Of a stretch of 64,000 nt of DNA, positions 55,201 through 64,000 are shown piece after piece. How positions within the stretch are numbered: the stretch's first letter is position 1; each line of letters begins with the position of its first letter. Source of the DNA: a virus; the IMG/VR virus record IMGVR_UViG_3300023240_000010; one strand, 5' to 3'. The notes below the pieces were generated by a model. The model worked only from the letters and a program-made list of their open reading frames with translations. It ran no database searches and had not been told where the DNA came from. The position numbers and the translations under genes are program-made.

Positions 55201-57625
55201 TCAATTGAGTTGACTCTTCAAGAGCATCTAACTTACGATCAATATCGCCAATATCTTTCATTGTGTAACCGCGTTGTTGTGCGGTAGGAACAATTACTAA
55301 ATCGTCTTCGTTAATCGTGTTGCCGTTAAGAACGATCTTATACAATTCCATCGAATGCATAGGAGTTTCTTTGAACTGAGGTTCACGCGCTTGTTGACCC
55401 ATTAGCACCTGAATTTCTCCTTCAGGTGTAATAATTACTTTGTCTGCACGAGGTAGATAATAGTCAATATTAGCAGTTATATTAGTGCCGACTCTAGGCA
55501 AAGCATTAATATTAGTTACTGCACTATCGATACCGTTTCTATCCGGTCTGAAGTCAACTACATCTCGTAGATCGACTGTATTACCAGTAATTGAAGTGTG
55601 TATAGGAATATCTTTGTAAGGAACATTGTACGAAGAAGGAGCGAAGAAGTCGCCACTGCCTCGTGCAAAATACTTGTATGCAACATATATGTCGCCCGCA
55701 GGAACTGCGTGACCATCTTTAAGCGTCAAAGTGCCATCAGCGTAGAAGTTGTCTCTTTGTCCATCGTCAAGTACTACTGCACCAGAAAGATCGAACCCAG
55801 AACTAGAACTCTGTCTTACTGAGTCAACAGAGTAAATATCAGGAACCTGCATATCGAATATTGTACGACCAGAAGAGTCAGTGACGCTAGGCAAAATTGC
55901 GGTTGCTGATGTAAGAGTCTTTGTACGAATCGCTCCAGTCTTTTGAACATAGGCAAGAACTTCATATGCTCCTGATGCACTAGCAAGACTTGATATAGCA
56001 GCATCTCTGCCACCATTAGTAATAGAGATTGTATAAGTGCTAGGTGCTTCGAATACAGCACTGCCAAGACTTACAATCCATAAAGACGAATCGACATATG
56101 ATTGACCCGAAGGTAACTGATCTAGTGTAACAGTATTAGTAGAGGCAGTTTTTGCTTGTCTAACTTGCTTCGATAGAATAATATCCGAAAGAGACTCTAC
56201 ACGAGAAAATGGTGCATTAAACAATGCTGTGTTATTATTAGTAGTTTCGTTTAGAACTGCCGCGCCGCCAGTAAGAAGTTCGACATCAAAATAATCTGAG
56301 GTCGCAGTACCGATGCTTTTTACTTCAGCAAGACTTTCATTTGCAAATACTTTAACATCGTATACATAAACTTTAAACTTAGTGCCATAAGGTTCTACTG
56401 CACGAATACGACAAGTACCTATGTCCGTACCACTACCACCATAACCAGTAGCATTCCATAAGTCAACTCTAGCATGATCGAGATTAGGAAGACCTCTGTT
56501 AGTTGTACATACAAAGTAGTTGCCGTAGTTGACACCGATAACATCATTTGCTACTGTTTCAGTTTCTACTGGTCGTGGTAGACTAAGAGTGACAGGAGAT
56601 TGATTCTCTACACGATAACCATTAACGTATGCAGTGCCTTCACTAATATTAAGTTCAAGATTTTCATCAACGCCGTTGTCATTATCAGAGACGTGGACAA
56701 TGAATGGTTCAACAACATAATCACCAGACTCTTCTTTGGTTCGTAGCGCAAGAAGTTCTTCGATTTTAGCATAAGCGTCACTTGATTGTAGTTGCTCGCT
56801 GATCGAAGAGTTTTCAACTTCAGCAAGATATACAAAGGTGTCGTTTGCATCAACTAAGTCTTTAGTAGTCAGTTCTAGTTTAATCTGAAGTCTGTCAGCA
56901 CCAGGAGATGCTGTATTAACAATACCGTTCGCGTTGTCATAAAGTGTATCTGTGTCAGTAACAGTTACTACTTGCTGTACGACTTTAAAACCAACAGTTG
57001 CGTTAATGTTATCGCTAGTGTAAGATGAGAGAATAATAGACTGTTCTTGTGTATGAACGAAACGACCCAGCGCGAAGAAATCACCTTCTGCGACTGTAAA
57101 CTTAGCACCATATCCTGTCGCACCAGGAGTCTCTGTTACTAATTCGTATGCACTAGTAGTAGCAAACTGCTGGACTAGTGTTTCGTTATCACCGAATGTG
57201 GTTATCGAAGATGTTGCGAGAGCATTACCACCGTTGATATACTCGACAAATAATGTATCGAACGTCTGAGTGCCATGAGCAGGTATTGCTTGAATGACCT
57301 GAGCAGAAACATTAGTAGCAGTATTCTTCAGAATAGTGCCGCGCGGTATATCTCCGAAAGAACCGCCCTGATTCGTAGAGGCGATCTTTACGAAGTGATA
57401 AGCGTTATTAATACTGCAACCACCTCCAGATACTACTGCACCTTCTTTAAAGATGTTTCTACCCAATCGACCCATCTCTTCATAGATAAGAGTTTGCATC
57501 TGAGTGAGTTCTCGCGACTGAAGTGCGCGACCGCTGTTAAACAATATCTGATGATAGTTGTCATCAGCATTGTAATCGTCTGCATAACTTCCAGATAACG
57601 TATTAGATGTGAATATATTTGCCAT
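52229..57625 (-). CDS. Large virion structural protein, DUF4815/VrlC-like
   Basis: YADDY...YHQILF..GRALQSRELTQMQ, ARRT-like ALRTKEESGDY, DFRP, YYLPRAD, PLAQTF. Confidence 0.85.
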   Translation of the reverse strand: MANIFTSNTLSGSYADDYNADDNYHQILFNSGRALQSRELTQMQTLIYEEMGRLGRNIFKEGAVVSGGGCSINNAYHFVKIASTNQGGSFGDIPRGTILKNTATNVSAQVIQAIPAHGTQTFDTLFVEYINGGNALATSSITTFGDNETLVQQFATTSAYELVTETPGATGYGAKFTVAEGDFFALGRFVHTQEQSIILSSYTSDNINATVGFKVVQQVVTVTDTDTLYDNANGIVNTASPGADRLQIKLELTTKDLVDANDTFVYLAEVENSSISEQLQSSDAYAKIEELLALRTKEESGDYVVEPFIVHVSDNDNGVDENLELNISEGTAYVNGYRVENQSPVTLSLPRPVETETVANDVIGVNYGNYFVCTTNRGLPNLDHARVDLWNATGYGGSGTDIGTCRIRAVEPYGTKFKVYVYDVKVFANESLAEVKSIGTATSDYFDVELLTGGAAVLNETTNNNTALFNAPFSRVESLSDIILSKQVRQAKTASTNTVTLDQLPSGQSYVDSSLWIVSLGSAVFEAPSTYTISITNGGRDAAISSLASASGAYEVLAYVQKTGAIRTKTLTSATAILPSVTDSSGRTIFDMQVPDIYSVDSVRQSSSSGFDLSGAVVLDDGQRDNFYADGTLTLKDGHAVPAGDIYVAYKYFARGSGDFFAPSSYNVPYKDIPIHTSITGNTVDLRDVVDFRPDRNGIDSAVTNINALPRVGTNITANIDYYLPRADKVIITPEGEIQVLMGQQAREPQFKETPMHSMELYKIVLNGNTINEDDLVIVPTAQQRGYTMKDIGDIDRKLDALEESTQLSIAELEARMDNVLDSAGVLRIISGMQVDEHADQTNAEVESPDYKAAIDPENRLVRPSFDEGNMRLIFDATASSGVVKKGDNVYLAHTEANWVDQSLASRTVKINPFGLVDNVGTLKLSPSTDEWKESIQNAAKSLAGAGRLFGKQAFLWNNWQWNWQGRTAKENTEIAKLSQTLRTGSGRSKAFALRTLKTKYGINDSGIVRRIIAGETLRNVVGEKTIDVAFVPWIRSRKIYFKAQGLTPNTKFTPFFDGTDVSVWCKSESSFLQWSDRADEIGNKLTHSAVLGHPDGTSELIADANGEVIGSFFIPNLTPKYEVATTKYRGRYSKYYLRFRSGAREFKLLDINVNDWAGANSKAFAHYTVKGLLPWTWYNPLSFTRGHSYLYPYNYRHRLYSAKEMKKVLDSIPASSVSIIDPRLSGLYSPDGATLNAAALQTLANNQDMSKVLSDYINVNQAQFASVLGTKAISTPMNPLAQTFKVNNEFGVTLTKVELFFKSKPANVSLPVSIHIRPVENGKPSYSTMVPDSQVFVNRANVIVSELSSQLVTIQGNGTSFVFDEPVYLAPGQDYAIVVTSQSTEYELFSARTSESVINTTGRFNSTQTPGYLFLPQNGKNWEKSLNEDLMFKVTRAVFGSGGGANGSLILKNAVVPSKLLEENPIQTVNSSANIYVRHVNHGLRAGDGANIDSATATGGFTAEQLSGSHQVIDVDMYGYRFEISPSNPVTATSTATGGGERVLSQGNINFSVVNPIIESIIPNSTSIDVSGKFTTGRSISGTETRFAQDANFTRITPKTNTDLAATYTLYNQFEVDSDRTGEGVATFTSSTFFKVDMKSANDYVSPIIDLQRSSLVTVNNLIDDPSVTPHIYNVANTASSGASSSSAHIMKPVVLESPAIGIEISADLSIPPTGSVLVYYRVGTSDQNLSELSWILQPEFNIIVKDGQSRRVKFLAGGVAGTLNPFTQAQTKIITTGTNPATPATIGSVVVKWLAS

Positions 57626-57637
57626 GTTTTTAGTCTC

Positions 57638-59029
57638 TTATCCTAACTGAATTACGATGCGAATGTCTTCGGTTTGATTAGAACCGCGTGTTATCTGTCC
57701 AACGTTATTTATGTGTAAAATATCACCGGTTGTGGCGTCAACGTCAGGATTAAATAATCTAGTAATCTCGCCGGTACCCGTTACGGTTCTATTGACAAGA
57801 GCGCCGCCGGTATTGAATTTACCGAACCCAGTAGTCTCATCTTGAAAATAATATAACTTTGTATCACTTGGTTCGTAGTAATACACTTTACCTTGTATTG
57901 TGTTTTCTGCATTAGAGAATAGATCATCTGGAGCAAATACACCGTTTGTTAAATTTATCTGTAGAATTTTTAATGCGTTACCAACATTCAAATCAAAGTC
58001 TGAATCAGTAGAAACATAATTCCGCTCGCCGTCACTGTCTCCATACTTCTTTAAGTCTCTTATTAGGCAAGTCTGATAGAAATCATTCTCAGTTCTAATC
58101 TTTGAATCTTCGTCAGACTTGAAGTCTGTTTGTAACATTAGAGCAGTAGACTTCAGAGTCTTAGTTGGATCATCATGAATGCCTTTAGGAGGTGAAAGAA
58201 CGCATCGCAGTACTGCATTGCCTGCTGAGACCGTTGCCTTCGCTCGTCGATAACCTGTACCATTAAGATAAGAGGCGTCAAGATTGCTTTGCGACACTTC
58301 TACTTTTACAATACTGCCTTCATTAATAGTAACTTCGAATTCTGCTCCAGTACCATCACCATCTATAATAACTGTAGGAGTTGCACTGTAACTTGTGCCG
58401 GCATCAACAATTTCAACACTAAGAATTTCACCATCAACGGATGCTTGCTGAAGTGCGTATTGCTCTTGCTCTTCAGCAATAGATGCTCCCGCAAGAACTT
58501 TCTTTACTGGAAACCATTCGTTTGTTTTGTATGTCGCATATGCTAGATTAGAGAGTCTAAACATGAAACGCCATTTGTAAAGATCAACAAGAGTAAAGGT
58601 TTTACCATCAGATGCTAAACCACCACCATTTTCAACAAAACGTGCGTATGTTGTGAATGGTTCATTAACTGAGTTTTGGACAATACCCTCAGAGTTTTTA
58701 CCCTGCTCTATACAAATAAACACTTCTCTTGCTGAATTGATAATATAGAAGTTCTCTTGTGCGGGCAATGCATCGCTATATGCTTCGTAAGAAAATCCAG
58801 TTGACCAAGGAATAGTTTTAACAACATGAGATGCATTATTCAGTGCCTTTACTGACTGAAGCGAATCACGAACTTGATTCTGTGCATAGACTGAGTTATT
58901 AATCGTAGGATTGGTAATCAAGTCTGCCCTTGCAAGACCGATATAATAGTTCTCGGTACTGCCGTCGATGTCTTCTTTCAGTTGATCTAAAAGCAGACTT
59001 CTAAACTGATTAGTAATTGCAGATGTCAT
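57638..59029 (-). CDS. gp8: Baseplate wedge gp8
   Basis: MTSAITNQFR, FYIINS..EVFICI, YKWRFMF, R.SNQTEDIRIVIQL. Confidence 0.85.
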   Translation of the reverse strand: MTSAITNQFRSLLLDQLKEDIDGSTENYYIGLARADLITNPTINNSVYAQNQVRDSLQSVKALNNASHVVKTIPWSTGFSYEAYSDALPAQENFYIINSAREVFICIEQGKNSEGIVQNSVNEPFTTYARFVENGGGLASDGKTFTLVDLYKWRFMFRLSNLAYATYKTNEWFPVKKVLAGASIAEEQEQYALQQASVDGEILSVEIVDAGTSYSATPTVIIDGDGTGAEFEVTINEGSIVKVEVSQSNLDASYLNGTGYRRAKATVSAGNAVLRCVLSPPKGIHDDPTKTLKSTALMLQTDFKSDEDSKIRTENDFYQTCLIRDLKKYGDSDGERNYVSTDSDFDLNVGNALKILQINLTNGVFAPDDLFSNAENTIQGKVYYYEPSDTKLYYFQDETTGFGKFNTGGALVNRTVTGTGEITRLFNPDVDATTGDILHINNVGQITRGSNQTEDIRIVIQLG

Positions 59030-59056
59030 TTAATTTTCTCTTTAGTATTATAAGTC

Positions 59057-59064
59057 TATTTATA
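59057..59064 (-). promoter_or_regulatory. T4 late promoter for gp8
   Basis: TATAAATA. Confidence 0.8.
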
Positions 59065-60847
59065 AGGTATCTGTAAGCACTGCTTTAGCAACAGACGATT
59101 CCGCATCAAACTTCAAAATATTGTTTCTTGTAGGATTAATCACGGACTCGTTAGCAGGTGTCGCTACAATCTTCATGAAGTCGCCTGAGATTAAAGATCC
59201 CGAGAAAGCATTCAGAGTAAGTGTGCCGTTTTGAGCATCATATGATCCCATTACATCTATTTCAACCAGTCCGTCAGAAACATTAATTGCTTCAATCGTG
59301 CTAGTACTAATTCTATTACGTAAGAAACAAGTCTTACCGTTCAAGAAAAAGTTCTCGCTTTGTATAATGTACTCGACATTATCTGGTTGCGCAATAGGAG
59401 CAGGATAGTCAATTACGTAATCGATTGTTCCGCCAACGGGATCAAATCTTGATTGCATCTTAATTGATGATCGACTGGACAATACAGAACCATCAACAGC
59501 ATCAATATCGGATAGCATATTAGACCGTCTGAATGATCGATTGAACTTGCCTAGGTTCTCATCAAAATATTCTGAAGTTGCATTCGATACTAATGCTTGA
59601 ACTGCGCTTTGACCTAGTGACGTTAATCTTGGATTGAACTGAAAGAATGTAGTCACTTCTAAGAAAGTATTAACTGGATCCGTGAACTGAAGTTCGAACG
59701 ATGCAACAGACAAATCTTTCGCCAGTTTCTTAATTGATTCTTTAGTAGATGCAATCACTGTAGCATCTTCTGTAGTAAAGTCGATCGAGAGATACACCGA
59801 ACCATATTTAGGCGGAACATTGTCTTGTCCGCCCCATGCTTTAATGTCGCTGATAACACTCTTGAAATTACGTAGTGTTAAGGCAGCATAGTCTTCAGCA
59901 GTAACCATTCTATTCTGTGCCGCATAGAGATAAGGAGCATTCTTACGAATAGACTCTATTGATTCTTTCTCATTACCACCACCAGCAGTTCCGCTAGTGA
60001 CATTCAATGTCTTACCGCCGACAGTACTTTCGGGAGTAAATACTCTAGCACCATTAGCAGATGGACCAGAAACTGTAGTATATTCAACTAGTATTCTGTT
60101 GCCAGCAGTAGGAGAAGAATTAGTAAATCGAACACCGTTACCAAACGATACTTCATAGAAACCATTAGGAGTTTCCTTTGCTACAAAGATAGCAGAGTTT
60201 ACGTCGATAGTTGTTGCGTCACTAATATTAGTATAAACAGTTCCTACTACATGCGAAGGATCCGTGAATACAGTAACTTTAATAGTAGCAATATCAATAT
60301 TGGTTACGGGGATAATAAAAGAATCTGTCGATGCAGTTTCACCCGCAACAAAGTTTTTACTCTTAACGACACCTTCGTAGATAGGAACGTTGATGTTTGA
60401 ATTCACAGTAAAGTAATATAGATTGCTGCCGTTGTTCGTAGCAGTTAGCGTATCACGAGTCTGAAAGGTGTATGTCTTATTATCAACAGTAGTTGTGAAT
60501 TTAAATCCTGCTGGCATTGTAACACTTGATGGATTATTAGTATCTTCAATCCAAAGATTCACTACAGCATATGCCGCAGTTCTTGAATTGACAGTATAAC
60601 CCAAACCACCCGCTAGACCAACTAGTGATGAACGCATCTGTGCAGTACTCAGGAACGATTCATTCAGAGCATAGTTAGCGACTAGTGCATTTTGGTGTGT
60701 GTTATATGCCAGCACATCCAATAGACTTGACAATGCACTTCCTTCAAAGTTATAGTCATTGAATTCACCTGATTGTATCAAATGTGATTTAAGACTATTC
60801 TTGATCGCACTGAAATCTAAATCCGCAGATTTAATGGTTGTTGCCAT
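59060..60847 (-). CDS. gp6: Baseplate wedge gp6
   Basis: LDFSAIK, DYNFEGS.LS.LLDVLAYNT, FGNG, QNRMVTAEDY, WGG...PPKYG. Confidence 0.95.
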   Translation of the reverse strand: MATTIKSADLDFSAIKNSLKSHLIQSGEFNDYNFEGSALSSLLDVLAYNTHQNALVANYALNESFLSTAQMRSSLVGLAGGLGYTVNSRTAAYAVVNLWIEDTNNPSSVTMPAGFKFTTTVDNKTYTFQTRDTLTATNNGSNLYYFTVNSNINVPIYEGVVKSKNFVAGETASTDSFIIPVTNIDIATIKVTVFTDPSHVVGTVYTNISDATTIDVNSAIFVAKETPNGFYEVSFGNGVRFTNSSPTAGNRILVEYTTVSGPSANGARVFTPESTVGGKTLNVTSGTAGGGNEKESIESIRKNAPYLYAAQNRMVTAEDYAALTLRNFKSVISDIKAWGGQDNVPPKYGSVYLSIDFTTEDATVIASTKESIKKLAKDLSVASFELQFTDPVNTFLEVTTFFQFNPRLTSLGQSAVQALVSNATSEYFDENLGKFNRSFRRSNMLSDIDAVDGSVLSSRSSIKMQSRFDPVGGTIDYVIDYPAPIAQPDNVEYIIQSENFFLNGKTCFLRNRISTSTIEAINVSDGLVEIDVMGSYDAQNGTLTLNAFSGSLISGDFMKIVATPANESVINPTRNNILKFDAESSVAKAVLTDTL

Positions 60848-60861
60848 TACTGGTTATCCTC

Positions 60862-61539
60862 TTAAAGTAATCCGCCGGTGATAATTAATATGTTGCCTGA
60901 ATTATCAGAGAACGATATTTCATCACCGTCTTGTGTTAAAATTGCACCATCAACAGTATCACCAATATCTCTAATTAAGTAGGCGCCTGCTTCAGTCAAT
61001 GTTCTTAATGTTACATTATCATCTCTTTCTGATAGTACGACTCTATCAATGATCTGATCTGGAGTAACTGGTAGCACGATAGGTAGAGCAGGACCTGCTG
61101 TCTGGTCACTAACTGATATCTTTAGCGTATCTACTTGTTGAGTATTCAGAATGCGAAATTCTATTACAACCGCAACACTATTGTAATCTGGTGTCGCTGT
61201 TACTTGAAGTCGTAAGATTGCTACTCTTGGTTCGAATCTTTCTATCGCTGTTTTAATAGCAGATGATATTTCAGCACCTGTATCTTCATCAGCAAGATTG
61301 AATAGCAGAGAGTTTAAGTCTGCGCCAAACTGAGGTTTATAAGGTTTCTCGAAACGATTCGTTAAAAGAAGAGTCTTGATCGCCTGTTTTACTGATGCGG
61401 CATCGGTCTTCTTATATACATCACCGCCACTGGTAGTATTTGCCTCAAACGTAAGATCAAAATCAGAATACAGGCGTTCGCGCACGACTCTAATACTCGT
61501 GCTGAGATTGCCATCTTCTGTTGAAAAAATCTTCGCCAT
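60862..61539 (-). CDS. gp25: Baseplate protein gp25 with C-terminal extension
   Basis: YSDFDLTF, SVKQAIKTLLLT..FEKPY.P.FG, FEPRV. Confidence 0.9.
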   Translation of the reverse strand: MAKIFSTEDGNLSTSIRVVRERLYSDFDLTFEANTTSGGDVYKKTDAASVKQAIKTLLLTNRFEKPYKPQFGADLNSLLFNLADEDTGAEISSAIKTAIERFEPRVAILRLQVTATPDYNSVAVVIEFRILNTQQVDTLKISVSDQTAGPALPIVLPVTPDQIIDRVVLSERDDNVTLRTLTEAGAYLIRDIGDTVDGAILTQDGDEISFSDNSGNILIITGGLL

Positions 61540-61561
61540 GTCGCTGAAACCCTTTTTCTTT

Positions 61562-61569
61562 TATTTATA
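61562..61569 (-). promoter_or_regulatory. T4 late promoter for gp25-gp6
   Basis: TATAAATA. Confidence 0.8.
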
Positions 61570-61577
61570 AGTTATTT

Positions 61578-62345
61578 CTAAGAGAAAAAATCAAATATGC
61601 TAGATTGATCGTCTTCTTCTGGAAGTATTTCTAGTAACTCGTCTTTCGACTGAAGTTCGCCATTATAAGTTGTTTCAAGATTGTACTTGTAACTCACATC
61701 CCAATCAGTACCAACTTTAGGCATCTCTAATATAATAGAGCAAGTAAGATCGCCGTTCGGATCAAATGTGTCGTAGTCAAGTGTTAACTTATCATAGTTC
61801 ATATAATCTTTCCAGAACACTGCGAGATCAAATGACATTCTAGGATCAGTCTTACCTTGCTGATCGATTAGTTGATATACAACTGTACGTCCAGTTCTTC
61901 GTAAGTCATTGATACTATTTGATGTTGGTTTCTCGCCAGTGTATATTGGTAGTCTAGCAACCCATCCATCAGGACCTTTACCATAAGAACCTTTATTGTT
62001 CTCTGCTAGTTTCTTTGCTTGTGCTTCACTGCCTGCAGGTCTTTCTTCTATAGTGAACTTAGGATTAGGTTCATAGATGCCTTCACTCACAACCAATCTA
62101 TGCTTCGAAAAGAATGAGTTTGTAGAAATAATCTGCATTGCTTGTGTGTGAAGAACTAAGTTTCTAGCAATCTGCGCTTTATCAGGTGCACCAAAGAAAC
62201 CGTCAGCATATAGTTTCTCTAACTGTGTACGTGAACCTCTAGCACCCAGAAACTTAGCAAGTGTTACACCTGGTCCAAGTTTAGTCGCTGAAGTGATAGA
62301 CGTTTGAAACTCTGGGTTGTACTGTGGATCTACCAATAACTTCAT
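61578..62345 (-). CDS. Hypothetical baseplate-hub-associated protein
   Basis: 255-aa ORF overlapping (ATGA) the gp5-like gene. Confidence 0.75.
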   Translation of the reverse strand: MKLLVDPQYNPEFQTSITSATKLGPGVTLAKFLGARGSRTQLEKLYADGFFGAPDKAQIARNLVLHTQAMQIISTNSFFSKHRLVVSEGIYEPNPKFTIEERPAGSEAQAKKLAENNKGSYGKGPDGWVARLPIYTGEKPTSNSINDLRRTGRTVVYQLIDQQGKTDPRMSFDLAVFWKDYMNYDKLTLDYDTFDPNGDLTCSIILEMPKVGTDWDVSYKYNLETTYNGELQSKDELLEILPEEDDQSSIFDFFS

Positions 62346-63796
62346 TTCGTATTTACCTTAAATCGCTTGCTTCTTGTATCAGCAGGGTTATTGCCGAGAG
62401 TGTTGATGCCAAATCTAATAGTTCCTTTCTTAGATGCTGATCGACCAATGTTTCTGGCAATGTTCTTCTTAAAGTCTTTATTCAGTTTACCTTCACTCAC
62501 TAGATAACTTGTGAAATCACCATTATTAAAGTGTTGTGGGTCACGTAACTTCGAACGAATCTCATGAATCGTTGGATCAAAGTTAAACAGTTCTTTATAG
62601 TCATCTGACTTGCTGATTTTATCTTTCAGTTTAGGATCAACAACTACGTTTCTAATTCCATAGTTACTTGTCGCTAACTGCAACTCAATGATTGCAGGTT
62701 GTGGCAGAGGCGCAGTAGGCGGCACAGGTAGATAAGGCATTATGCCTGCTTTTGGTGTAGGAGGACTTACTACACATGGCGCTTCTTTTTTCGCTATAAG
62801 TGCTTTCGCAGAACCTTTAGCGAACTCTGCTATAGATGATGTGATAGCATAGTCAGCATGAATTGCTTCGGTTGCTCTACCTACTAATGTGCCGTAGAAT
62901 GTTGAAAGATTAGTCAGACCGCCTGGCATACCGCCATATGTTTTACCGTAGTAATCAATGAGTGGTCCACCGATAGTTCCTTTGTGACCAATTATACTAA
63001 CGTGTCGTGCTGATATATTAGCAGTCGATGCTGTCGCAACCCACTCATTAACAGCAGTCGTAATTAGTGAGGTGCCTGTTAGTATTTCTATATCGCCTTC
63101 TACTAAGTTCTGTTGTTTACCTTTAACAATAACATTGTTGTCGCCAAGTATCGTTTCTGTGTTCATGCCGACAACTTGACTACCACGCGATCCGCGTATA
63201 GTATAGTTCTGATCTTTGTTTACAGTTTTTGCGTGTCTTCCTTTAATCTCTTCAATTTTATCTCCTGCAACTTTGAGATTGTAATTCCCACCAATATCAA
63301 CATTATAGTCGCCAGACACTGAGAGATTAAGATTGCCCTTATAAACAAGATTGCCATCTCCTTCAATAATAGTAGTATGATCCCCACCCGTAACTTCAAT
63401 CTTCTGATTCTTCGAGACTATCAGAACAGTACCGTCAGCACGTAACTCTACACCCGCACCAGTTCTGTGCTTGAGCAAAATACGTTCACCGCCAGGTGTG
63501 TCATCTACTTCTATAGAATGTCCTGACTGCGTTTCTTGTACTTGATTGTAAGGATACTGTGATGGTTTCTGTGATGGAATATCAATCGATACTCCGAAGT
63601 CCCCACCCCCAAGATCGAGATTGTTTATCTTCTCGCCTTTTGCTGCCTTGTTTACACTCGTGCCGAAGAAGTATTCACGATTAGGAAATTCACCAGACGC
63701 ATCCGCAAATCCGTCGCGAGGAACTCCGACTGTTACTTCTTCGCCCTCACCTAAAAACTTTGTTCGCGAGGCGATATTATCTAGTTTATTTGTCAT
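62342..63796 (-). CDS. gp5: gp5 C-terminal (needle beta-helix) protein lacking the OB-fold and lysozyme domains
   Basis: YPYNQV.ETQSGH..EVDDTPGGERI..HRTG; VxGxxxxx octapeptide repeats. Confidence 0.85.
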   Translation of the reverse strand: MTNKLDNIASRTKFLGEGEEVTVGVPRDGFADASGEFPNREYFFGTSVNKAAKGEKINNLDLGGGDFGVSIDIPSQKPSQYPYNQVQETQSGHSIEVDDTPGGERILLKHRTGAGVELRADGTVLIVSKNQKIEVTGGDHTTIIEGDGNLVYKGNLNLSVSGDYNVDIGGNYNLKVAGDKIEEIKGRHAKTVNKDQNYTIRGSRGSQVVGMNTETILGDNNVIVKGKQQNLVEGDIEILTGTSLITTAVNEWVATASTANISARHVSIIGHKGTIGGPLIDYYGKTYGGMPGGLTNLSTFYGTLVGRATEAIHADYAITSSIAEFAKGSAKALIAKKEAPCVVSPPTPKAGIMPYLPVPPTAPLPQPAIIELQLATSNYGIRNVVVDPKLKDKISKSDDYKELFNFDPTIHEIRSKLRDPQHFNNGDFTSYLVSEGKLNKDFKKNIARNIGRSASKKGTIRFGINTLGNNPADTRSKRFKVNTK

Positions 63797-63999
63797 TTCG
63801 TTAATATCTCATCTATTGTAAATGGTTGCTGAGTAAGCGGGGTTTTAAACTTACTCTTCTTACCAAAGTTTGCTCGTACATAACTGATAACATCAAACCC
63901 AGGATCAAACTCGTCTTCGTCAATATTACTATGTCCAATAATCTGTGCGCCAGGCATAACACTATATGTTGCGCGACAGAAGTGATCGAAGGTATTAAC
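63793..63999 (-). CDS. 3' end of a putative N-acetylmuramoyl-L-alanine amidase (T7-lysozyme-like), truncated by the window edge
   Basis: Hand translation ...VMPGAQIIGHSNIDEDEFDPGFDVISYV...; stop overlaps the gp5 ATG. Confidence 0.6.
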   Translation of the reverse strand, partial: VNTFDHFCRATYSVMPGAQIIGHSNIDEDEFDPGFDVISYVRANFGKKSKFKTPLTQQPFTIDEILTK

Positions 64000-64000
64000 T

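Noticed and set aside
1-64000. Stop-codon reassignment, tRNA genes, integrase or prophage boundaries
   Set aside because: Core genes are intact in the standard code, intergenic gaps are short with no cloverleaf noticed, and no host-like flanks are present

Overview
The whole window is part of a T4-like myovirus genome (large dsDNA tailed phage, with a gene set like marine T4-like phages). Every supported gene is on the minus strand. Read in transcription order (right to left): amidase-like fragment, gp5 C-terminal part, gp25, gp6, gp8, a DUF4815/VrlC-like virion protein, a ~28 kb block of fibre/accessory virion genes interleaved with gp13-14-15 and a displaced gp7-like gene, then gp16-17-18-19-20-(67/68-like)-21-22-23, gp3, uvsY, uvsW, gp55, gp47, gp46, gp45, gp44, gp62, regA and a small heat-shock protein. 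Late genes carry T4 late promoters (TATAAATA). Replication genes carry near-perfect sigma70 promoters; with AGGAG Shine-Dalgarno sites, this points to a non-Bacteroidetes, probably proteobacterial, host (inference). The most unusual element is a four-gene late unit at 41631-51964. It encodes a 2814-aa Tyr-tetrapeptide protein with two ~1100-aa repeat arms of equal length around a central ~190-aa domain, a Tfa-like chaperone, a DxD glycosyltransferase and a 2OG-Fe(II)-like oxygenase. Other highlights: DS(A/V) motif enrichment in fibre proteins together with scattered glycan-tailoring enzymes; eight phycobiliprotein-like (KCxRDxGY) repeats in a virion protein; a ROSE-type RNA thermometer on the hsp20 leader; and a perfect antisense sigma70 promoter next to uvsW. 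All calls come from motif recognition by eye; no database search was run.
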